Below, piece after piece: positions 56,495 through 64,000 of a DNA stretch of 64,000 bases (positions within the stretch are counted from its first letter, which is position 1; every line of letters starts with the position of its first letter). The notes beneath the pieces were generated by a model that saw only the letters and a list, made by a program, of their open reading frames with translations, ran no database searches and was not told the DNA's origin. The position numbers were made by a program, and so were the translations under genes. This DNA comes from Bacteroidota bacterium (GTDB taxonomy: Bacteria > Bacteroidota > Bacteroidia > Bacteroidales > CAIXZF01), in the NCBI GenBank assembly GCA_026391855.1, contig JAPLDE010000028.1, positions 297 through 64,296 of the forward strand, read 5' to 3'.

Positions 56495-59400
56495 TCACGG
56501 GATTTCCCAGCTTCCTTTTACAAGGGTACCTGTTTTCTCCTCATTGGTAACCCGGAGGTAGGTTTCAATTTCCTGCTGCATTTCTTCCACATGGGAGATC
56601 ACGCCTACTATCCTGTTTTCCTTACGCAGGGTTGTCAGTGTTTCAAACACGACATCCAGGGAATCCTTGTCAAGGGTCCCGAAGCCTTCATCCAGGAAAA
56701 AGAAGTTCTCAGCTGAACCTAAAGCCGTGTGAATGCTATCGGCCAGTGACAGCGCCAGGGCCAGCGAAGCCTGAAAGGTCTGACCACCGGAAAGGGTTTT
56801 GATCGATCGAAGCTTTCCTTCATTGAGGTAATCACGGACCATAATACTATTGTCTTCAGCCAGTTCGAGCCCGAGATTCTGACGCGTGAGGCGGTTAAAC
56901 CTTTCATTGGCCGAACGGGCCAGGTTTTCCAGGAATACGGTGGAAACAAAATTTACGAAACCACTTCCCCTGAAGAGGACCTTCAACTCGGTCAGATCCT
57001 GTGCCCTCAGGTTGAAAACCTCCAGCTCTTTTTGCAGTTTTACCCTTTTTTCGGCCTTCTCCCCCAGGTCGGTCAGTTCCTTTTCGCACTGACCCAGTTG
57101 CAGGGTCTTTTCTTCTTTGGTCTTTTTCAGAACAGCAATTTCCTCTTTCAGTGCATCATGGGATTCCTTGTCGTAAACGGATTCTCTGAGTTCCTTTTCA
57201 AGTTCACTGAGGTATTTTCTGAGTGATTCAACTTCCTGCCTGTATTTCTCAATTTTTTCTTTTGATTCGTCAATGTTAATCTCCTTACTTAGAATCATCA
57301 CAACGTCTTCCAATAGAAGGTTACCCGCTTCAACGCACTTTTTCAGCAGGGAATCTGAGAGACTGACCATCTCACTATTTAGCATGTTCAGGCTGTTTTC
57401 GGTCTCTTCTGTTTTGCCCGACAAGTTGCTGAGTTCCGACCGTATGGCCTGTAATTCCTGTTCTGTTTTTGAAAAGGCGATGGCATTCTCTTCCGTTTTA
57501 TGCTGAAGACGGTCAGCCATTTCAACCAGCTCTCCGGAAGGGACATCATTATACTGATCTGAGGCTATGTGTGTTATTTGTGAAAACAACAGCTGTTTCC
57601 CGGCCATTAAAGCCGTGATCTGCTGATCGAACTCATGCCGGGCGCTAGTATACTTTTCCTTCTCATTTTCTGTCCTTTCAAGTTCAGCCGTATTTGCTTT
57701 TAAAGCCTGCTCCGACTGTTGAATGAGATATTGAAGCTGATCATATTTACCGAGGGCATCCTTAATAATCCCTTCGTTATCTGGTTGATAATCAGTCCAT
57801 ATGAAGAGATCCCCGTGTTCTTTTATCTTAGTAGTAAATTGATCCAGTACTTCTGCATCTTGCCGGACCTGTTTCCCTATGGTGTTGATCTCAACCTGAA
57901 ATCCGTTCAACGCTTTTTCGAGTCTGAGAGCATCCTTTATCTTCCTCTCCAGTGTGTCTTTCTGAGTTATCAGGGCTTCCTGCTGTTCATTCATCTGTCC
58001 TGGGTTAAGGATGGCAGGGTGATTCAACGAACCGCAGAGGGGGCAGGGTATTCCTTCTTCCAGTTCGCTGGCGAAGGTTTCCAGCCGGAGCTGAACCCTG
58101 ACATGCAACAGGTCGTTGTTACAGGAATCCAACTCCTTTTCCCAGCCTGATCGAACCACCTCGAGAAGTTGGATTATATCCTGAAGATCAGTGGATTCCG
58201 GAACTTCTTCAAAAAGGCCCGAAGCCCGGATCAATGCGCTTGTTTTATCTTTTATCACTTCAAGCGCCCGGGAAGAAAGAAACATCCTTTTCCTTATTTC
58301 CTCCTGATCGTTAAGTAGATTGTTCTGCCGGCTGAACCATTCCCTGACAGCGGAAAGTACTTTCATGTCGGGTACGTACTTTTTTGAAAGGGCGATCTCC
58401 TCTGTTGTTTTTTTGATCTGTTCTTTCAGGTTGTTAACCGATCCAATGGTCTGCCGCAGGGTTTCTGCACCTTTCAGGGACCTGAACTGCAGACTTTCAA
58501 ACCGGGTATCCGATTCCCTGATCTCTGCCAGTTTTCTTAGTTCTCCTGCTTCCTGCTTCAGTTGTTCTTTTTTGTCGAAATCCTTCTTCAGTTCTGAATA
58601 GACTGAAACCAACGAGGCTTTCTTCCCGCTGGCATTACCGGCAGTTTCTTTCAATGCCCTGAGGTAAAGGGCCCTTTCTGAGATCGTTCTCTCCAGGGTT
58701 TTCATCCTTTCCAGTTCTGCTCTGAAAATCAGGGAGATCTGTTCCATTTCTTTTACTTCCCTGTCAAGCGCATTTATTTCAGTTTCCGACTTCAGTAAGG
58801 ACTGCAACAGGCTTTGCTGTATGGCGATCTGGCTGACGAGCTTTTTCCTGTTTTCCAATTCCCGGTCAAGCTCTTGTTTATTCTCCAGCTCTTTTGTAAT
58901 TACCTGTATATCAACCTTTAAATTAATTATTTGTTGACCGGATTCTTCGATTTGCTGTGGATTTATCTCACCTACTTCCTGGAGTTGGCCTGTCAGCTGT
59001 TGGATGGCTTCATTGTTTTTAGATTCCAGGCGGGAGACCTTATCCGACAGATCAAACCTCGACAGGTTGAAGAGTTCCTTGAGCATGGTGGTACGGTCGC
59101 CGGGATTCAGCTGGAGAAATTCCTGGAAACGGCCCTGTGGGATGATGATGGTCCGGCGGAAATTTTTATAGTTTAACCCTGTAACAGCTTCAACATCAAG
59201 AACATTAATCGGTATCCATTCTTCCCCTTCTTTTTTATATGCCAGTCTGCTAAATGCTTTAACGTCTTCAAAAGTTTTGCTGTTCCGTTTTCCTTTCACC
59301 ACAAAACGGTACTGACTATTGTTAAGGGCACTGAATTCGAAATCGATGAGGAGATCATTCGATTTCAGGTTCATCATATTATAATACCGGTTTTCCCTGG

Positions 59401-59581
59401 AGTTAAGGCGTTCACATTCTCCATACAGGGCAAATGATATGGCTTCCAGTACGGATGATTTGCCGCTTCCCACCATGCCAAAGATTCCGAACAATCCGGC
59501 CTGGGTCAGCTTACTGAAATCAATGGTTTGTTTTTCCCTGAAGGAATAAAGACCTTGTATGCTCAGTTTCAGCGGGATCAT
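56495..59581 (-). CDS. sbcC: SbcC exonuclease ATPase subunit (SMC-like)
   Basis: GMVGSGKSS, IIPQGRF, hook CPLCGS, LSGGQTF, LDEGFGTLD, VISH. Confidence 0.95.
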   Translation of the reverse strand: MIPLKLSIQGLYSFREKQTIDFSKLTQAGLFGIFGMVGSGKSSVLEAISFALYGECERLNSRENRYYNMMNLKSNDLLIDFEFSALNNSQYRFVVKGKRNSKTFEDVKAFSRLAYKKEGEEWIPINVLDVEAVTGLNYKNFRRTIIIPQGRFQEFLQLNPGDRTTMLKELFNLSRFDLSDKVSRLESKNNEAIQQLTGQLQEVGEINPQQIEESGQQIINLKVDIQVITKELENKQELDRELENRKKLVSQIAIQQSLLQSLLKSETEINALDREVKEMEQISLIFRAELERMKTLERTISERALYLRALKETAGNASGKKASLVSVYSELKKDFDKKEQLKQEAGELRKLAEIRESDTRFESLQFRSLKGAETLRQTIGSVNNLKEQIKKTTEEIALSKKYVPDMKVLSAVREWFSRQNNLLNDQEEIRKRMFLSSRALEVIKDKTSALIRASGLFEEVPESTDLQDIIQLLEVVRSGWEKELDSCNNDLLHVRVQLRLETFASELEEGIPCPLCGSLNHPAILNPGQMNEQQEALITQKDTLERKIKDALRLEKALNGFQVEINTIGKQVRQDAEVLDQFTTKIKEHGDLFIWTDYQPDNEGIIKDALGKYDQLQYLIQQSEQALKANTAELERTENEKEKYTSARHEFDQQITALMAGKQLLFSQITHIASDQYNDVPSGELVEMADRLQHKTEENAIAFSKTEQELQAIRSELSNLSGKTEETENSLNMLNSEMVSLSDSLLKKCVEAGNLLLEDVVMILSKEINIDESKEKIEKYRQEVESLRKYLSELEKELRESVYDKESHDALKEEIAVLKKTKEEKTLQLGQCEKELTDLGEKAEKRVKLQKELEVFNLRAQDLTELKVLFRGSGFVNFVSTVFLENLARSANERFNRLTRQNLGLELAEDNSIMVRDYLNEGKLRSIKTLSGGQTFQASLALALSLADSIHTALGSAENFFFLDEGFGTLDKDSLDVVFETLTTLRKENRIVGVISHVEEMQQEIETYLRVTNEEKTGTLVKGSWEIP

Positions 59582-60745
59582 GGCAGGTCCTCCTCCGACA
59601 GCGCTTCCCTGAAGAGGTTCAGCAAGCGGTTATTGGGTTGCTGCCCTTTTTTGGAGATGAAGTAGTCGGTAAAAAGTTCTTCCATGCTTTTTGACAGATC
59701 GATAAAAGAAGGTGTATGGCCGTATAAGGAATCAGGGCACCTGATCTCCGGAACGATATGGACGATTCTTTCATGCACCTCCGTCAGTTTTTTCCGGTCG
59801 GTAGCGCTCAGGAAGGTGTCAGAAACCAGGGTAATTTCAACGTATGCTTCCTGGTTCAGGATCAGCCAGGCAACGGCATCCTCCACCTTTTCGAAACGGG
59901 CTTTGACCAGCTTCCTTCCTTCAGTAAGTACAACATTATGAATAACTGCCTCATTACCGGGTGATAGTTCAATAAACCTGACCATTTTTTCCTGGTTAGC
60001 CTCGTTGAAGCTATAGGCTATCGGACTTCCTGAATAGGTAACCGGGCAGGGTAGCAGGTCCATAGTCTGCGCCCGGTGCAGGTGACCAAGAGCCACATAT
60101 TGCAGTTGGCGGGGGTTCTTCAGGCAGGTCGTTTCCTTCTTTTACAACCAACAGGTGAGCCGCCAGGACATTAACCCCCTGGTTGTCACAGTAGTTGTCG
60201 GCCAGGCTTTTCCAGGAATTCTCCAATAAAATGCGCTGTTCTTCCTGGCTGTCTTCCTGTCCAAGATATGTCTTCAGCCGGAGTTCATTGGCATAAGGAG
60301 TAAGCAACAGCCGGAGCGGGAAGGATATCCCCGGCAGATGAATTTCGATGAAACGCGGTTCGCTCCTGAGGATACAAAGACCGGTTTCCAGTTGGAAGGG
60401 GGAAACCCTGGTATGCGGAAATCCGGCAAAAATGATACCGCATTCCCTGGCCAGGGGATCGGGTGCTTCGATACGTTCCGGTGAATCATGATTCCCGGCA
60501 ATAGCGACGACCGCCCTCTTCCCGTTTGCTGAAAGACGTTTCAGGGTATGGTAAAAAAGCTCAACGGCTTCGGTGGGCGGATTATAGGTGTCGAATAAAT
60601 CACCTGAAATGAGGATGGCATGGACCCCTTCCCGGTCTGCAATCCCGCAGATCTCGGTCAACACCGCCTCCTGTTCTTCAAGCCTGGAAAAACTCTCCAG
60701 CCGTTTTCCCAAATGCCAGTCTGATGTATGAAGCAGCTTGATCAT
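59578..60745 (-). pseudogene. sbcD: SbcD nuclease subunit, split by an internal deletion/frameshift at ~60111-60115
   Basis: HTSDWHLG, SGDLFD, AGNHDS, AAHL. After LPEEP the frame jumps to PRQLQYVALGHLH...YSGSP, and the usual intervening segment is absent. Confidence 0.88.
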
Positions 60746-60790
60746 CCTCTCAAATCTTTCAAATAAATGGTACATTGACACATCGGTATA

Positions 60791-61549
60791 TTAACTTTCT
60801 TTTTCTCTTTCAAGAAATTGCCGGAACCGCCACTCACAGAGAATCTTAAAACGATTCATGATATTAGAAGTAACCCGGTTATGGAACATTTCCCAGGATT
60901 TTTGGACGATCCAGATCCTTGATAACCGGTTCTTTCCGAAGAAGTTAAATCCTACCAGCAGAAACAGCTGGCTGGCTTCTGTCTCCTGGTATTCTTTGAT
61001 GGATGTCCTGACGAACATAGAGAAAATGCCAATGGGATATCCGCCTGAACACCGGTAAAGAAGGTATCGGGCGTTATCCAGCTCGTAATGGTCAGGGTCC
61101 TCAATTCTGAAAGCGTTCATATTGAACAGAGGAATATATTTTATTCCCAGGAAGCTTTTCTTAAACCCAAAGGGGTAGTTCTTTTTACCGAACAGGAATA
61201 GCTGAATATGGTCGAGCTGGTTGTCCTTCCTTTCGACCCGGGCGATATTGTTGGGCCAGCAGGTAGAATCCCCGTTCCATCTCAACAGTTCCTCGTATAC
61301 ATACTTGGTCGGAACCTCGATACCTATCCTGTGCAGGTTAAGGATAACGAAGGGGTCAGGGTTAACACCTATCCGTTGAAGGATCCGCCGGTTATAATCC
61401 TCCCTTTCTTCCCGGGTTGCAAACTTAATACGGGTCGGCTCTCCCGCTCTCCTGAGCAGAAAATACTTCACATCGGTCCAAACACTGTTGGACCTTTCGA
61501 GCGGACATTTGCTGCTGTTGGAGTATGAATTGATCTGCTCCGGTTTCAC
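60791..61549 (-). CDS. Hypothetical protein (possibly START/SRPBCC-like fold)
   Basis: 252-aa ORF in operon-like position before sbcD; no motif recognised with certainty. Confidence 0.6.
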   Translation of the reverse strand: MKPEQINSYSNSSKCPLERSNSVWTDVKYFLLRRAGEPTRIKFATREEREDYNRRILQRIGVNPDPFVILNLHRIGIEVPTKYVYEELLRWNGDSTCWPNNIARVERKDNQLDHIQLFLFGKKNYPFGFKKSFLGIKYIPLFNMNAFRIEDPDHYELDNARYLLYRCSGGYPIGIFSMFVRTSIKEYQETEASQLFLLVGFNFFGKNRLSRIWIVQKSWEMFHNRVTSNIMNRFKILCEWRFRQFLEREKES

Positions 61550-61584
61550 GGAGCTAAATTAGCAGGAAAATAACAATAGTTTTT

Positions 61585-62592
61585 TCAGAATCCTGCTTTT
61601 ATCTCAACCCGCCTGTTTTGGGCGCGGCCTTCGGGTGTATCATTAGTGGCAACCGGTCTGGTTTCTCCATAACCTGTAGCCGTGATCTTCTTTTCAGCCA
61701 CTCCTTTTGAAACCAGGTATTTTTTCACACTGTTAACCCTGTCCTGCGAAAGTTTCAGGTTACTGTCTTTGTTGCCGACATTATCGGTGTGACCCTCGAT
61801 GGTGAGGTTGAGACCGGGATATTTTTTAACAATGGCAACAAGTTCATCAAGTTTAACCACCGATTCGGGCTTGATTTTATCGCTGCCGGTATCAAAATAA
61901 ATAGCTTTTGCAATGGAAATGATGGCTTCCTGGTCGGCAGGAGCGATGGTTTTTTTAGGAGCAGGTGCAACACTCACCGGCTCAGCATGTTTTTTCTTGC
62001 AGCACATGTGGGCAAAACGATACTTCACACCCAGGGCACCATGAAGAAAATCGCGGTAATCACCCTGAGCTGCATAATTCATATGCAGGTTCACACCCCA
62101 GTGCTCCAGGAACCAGTAATTGACGCCGGCCCCCGTGGTCCATTTAACATAAGGATAATCAAAAAAGTCTTTTGCCTTGTCCATATTAGTCTGACCCAGG
62201 CCTACATAGATATAGGGATCGATTTTGCTGTCTTCTTTCAACAGATAACCATTGGCAAACTTGTATTGTACGCTGAGGTCGTAAGTGAAGAATTTTTTAT
62301 CGGTCAATGCAGCCCCATATATGTCTTTAAACTTCTCAGTTTCAAGGCTTAACATGGAAGCGGAGGCCTCGACAGTGAAAGAGGGGATAATGCTGTATCC
62401 GAAAGAAAGCATCAACGGCTGAGGGCCCTGCCAGTTCATATGGGTAAGCTGATCAGCAAACGTCAATTTAGGGAAATTGAAATCTGCCCAGTTCACATAG
62501 GCGCCCACAGCCCAGGGATTTTTGGTGTCCTGGGAATAACTGCCTGACAGGGTAGCTGCCATCAGCACAATAAGGAGTACTGTTTTTTTCAT
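61585..62592 (-). CDS. OmpA family outer-membrane protein
   Basis: N-terminal barrel; C-terminal YFDTGS, IEGHTDN, LSQDRV, GYGETRP, NRRVE. Confidence 0.93.
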   Translation of the reverse strand: MKKTVLLIVLMAATLSGSYSQDTKNPWAVGAYVNWADFNFPKLTFADQLTHMNWQGPQPLMLSFGYSIIPSFTVEASASMLSLETEKFKDIYGAALTDKKFFTYDLSVQYKFANGYLLKEDSKIDPYIYVGLGQTNMDKAKDFFDYPYVKWTTGAGVNYWFLEHWGVNLHMNYAAQGDYRDFLHGALGVKYRFAHMCCKKKHAEPVSVAPAPKKTIAPADQEAIISIAKAIYFDTGSDKIKPESVVKLDELVAIVKKYPGLNLTIEGHTDNVGNKDSNLKLSQDRVNSVKKYLVSKGVAEKKITATGYGETRPVATNDTPEGRAQNRRVEIKAGF

Positions 62593-62684
62593 AATGATAG
62601 GATTTGGGTTAACAAATGCTTTTCAACTGATGTTTGATGGAATAACGATCAATTATCTTTTAACAACTAAAATAATACATTTTG

Positions 62685-63485
62685 TTACATTTTGTAATAT
62701 TTTTTTGCCTCCGGCAGATATTTTTGCAGTTGTTTGATCCGGTTTGCATCACTGGGATGGGTACTGAGAAATTCGGGAGGCTTGGCCCCGCCGGCTTTTG
62801 ACATGTCCTGCCAGAAACCCAAAGCTCTTTCAGGGTTATATCCTGCCATGGCCATAAAGATCAGACCGAGCCGGTCGGCTTCATATTCGTGTTTCCTTGA
62901 ATAGGCAAGCTCCCCCAGGGTTGAACCCATGCCATAGGCGGTGAGGAAGATGTTTTTGGTTTGCTGGGGTTGTTGCTGCAAGGCCAGTTCCAGTGATATT
63001 CCTCCCAGGTAGAGGGCCAGCATCTGGCTCATTCTTTCATTACCATGCTCAGCGATGGCGTGGGCGATCTCATGACCCATAACAACAGCGAGACCGGATT
63101 CATCTTTCGATACAGGCAGTAAGCCCGTGTAAACAACCACTTTCCCGCCGGGCATGCACCAGGCATTCACCTCTTTACTATCAACAGCATTGAATTCCCA
63201 CTGGTAGCCCTGGACCCGGCTTGCATACCCATTTTCCTTCATGTATTTGTCAACAGCCCCGCTGATCCGCTGACCAACGGTTTTCACCGATTGGACGGAA
63301 GCCTGCTGGGCAGGTAGCGGGGGATGGGTTTTCAGAAAATCTGCATAGTTTGTCAGGCTCATCTGCATCACCAGGCTTTCAGGCATGAAAGCAAACTGTT
63401 TTCTGCCGGTCAGGGGTACTTTTGAGCAGGAAACCAGGGCGATCACCAGAAAAAGACGGAACAAGAAAGTAAAGACTGCTCTCAT
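62685..63485 (-). CDS. M48 family metallopeptidase lipoprotein
   Basis: LVSC lipobox, NAWCMPGG, GHEIAHA, EYEAD, STHP. Confidence 0.93.
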   Translation of the reverse strand: MRAVFTFLFRLFLVIALVSCSKVPLTGRKQFAFMPESLVMQMSLTNYADFLKTHPPLPAQQASVQSVKTVGQRISGAVDKYMKENGYASRVQGYQWEFNAVDSKEVNAWCMPGGKVVVYTGLLPVSKDESGLAVVMGHEIAHAIAEHGNERMSQMLALYLGGISLELALQQQPQQTKNIFLTAYGMGSTLGELAYSRKHEYEADRLGLIFMAMAGYNPERALGFWQDMSKAGGAKPPEFLSTHPSDANRIKQLQKYLPEAKKYYKM

Positions 63486-63825
63486 AGTATGGTGTTTATA
63501 AAAATAATTTCAGACAGCTAATATAGTTAAATTTATAAAAGTTTCTCAACATTACATACCACGATGGACATTTAAGAATATAACAAAGGTTTCACAGTGG
63601 TTCATCATCGGTACATATTGCATATTCCGGAATCTCCTGATTGCATAATTCTCAGTATCAATCCTCCGTAAAACCCCAAGAATTCCGTATGTTTGACTTG
63701 TGGTAAAGAATGACCCGGGCCCAAAGTGGAAAGTTACCAGCCTTTAAATACTAAAGAAACTGGATCTAAGGGTGATAGCGACCACAAAAGGATTCGTTTA
63801 CATTGACACATAATGCTCAGCAACC

Positions 63826-64000
63826 ATGATGAATATAATCAAAATGTCCGGACTATTCCTTTTCTTATATACAGGTCAGTTTTTATATGGACAGACTAAT
63901 AAGGAAAAAGCTTTTTCAAAAGGACAACAAGCCATCGAACTCATGGACAACGGCCGGGTTGACGAAAGCATTAAACTATTGGAAGAAGCGCAGAAACTTG
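63826..64000 (+). CDS. 5' end of a probable exported TPR protein (partial)
   Basis: MMNIIKMSGLFLFLYTGQFLYGQTNKEKAFSKGQQAIELMDNGRVDESIKLLEEAQKL; frame open to the window end. Confidence 0.65.
   Translation, partial: MMNIIKMSGLFLFLYTGQFLYGQTNKEKAFSKGQQAIELMDNGRVDESIKLLEEAQKL

Noticed and set aside
63560-63800. Possible gene remnant or structured RNA between the M48 and TPR genes
   Set aside because: Frames are interrupted by stops and I recognised no riboswitch or ncRNA motif.

Overview
64 kb of a Bacteroidota (most likely anaerobic Bacteroidales) chromosome. The assignment is inferred from TAnnTTTG promoters, SD-less host genes, four T9SS C-terminal sorting domains and an eukaryote-type glyQS. 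Housekeeping genes include glyQS, pth, rplY, prs, tRNA-Leu(CAA), pepP, M1/M13/M48 peptidases and sbcCD. Three redox-related loci stand out. (1) A five-gene operon at 37977-44884 encodes a heme-b-type membrane protein, a membrane-anchored Fe-S/FAD NAD(P)H oxidoreductase, 20-heme and 19-heme c cytochromes, and an outer-membrane beta-barrel. It looks like a direct NAD(P)H-linked porin-cytochrome electron conduit and lies downstream of a sensor kinase. (2) An apparently foreign, SD-bearing block right after tRNA-Leu (10845-20672) holds a DRTGG/RsbT-kinase/[FeFe]-hydrogenase-like sensor module. It is followed by a HydABC/Bfu-type NuoEFG trio with no catalytic H-cluster or Mo ligand, and then NfnAB. 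(3) A cytoplasmic [FeFe]-hydrogenase-like/MCP fusion (22807-24612). Non-coding structure includes a 22-unit heptamer array between back-to-back promoters and a pair of GTAG-type REP hairpins. At least eight reading-frame lesions are visible, so assembly error has to be excluded before any pseudogene is interpreted. All functional calls come from motif reading only; no searches were run.
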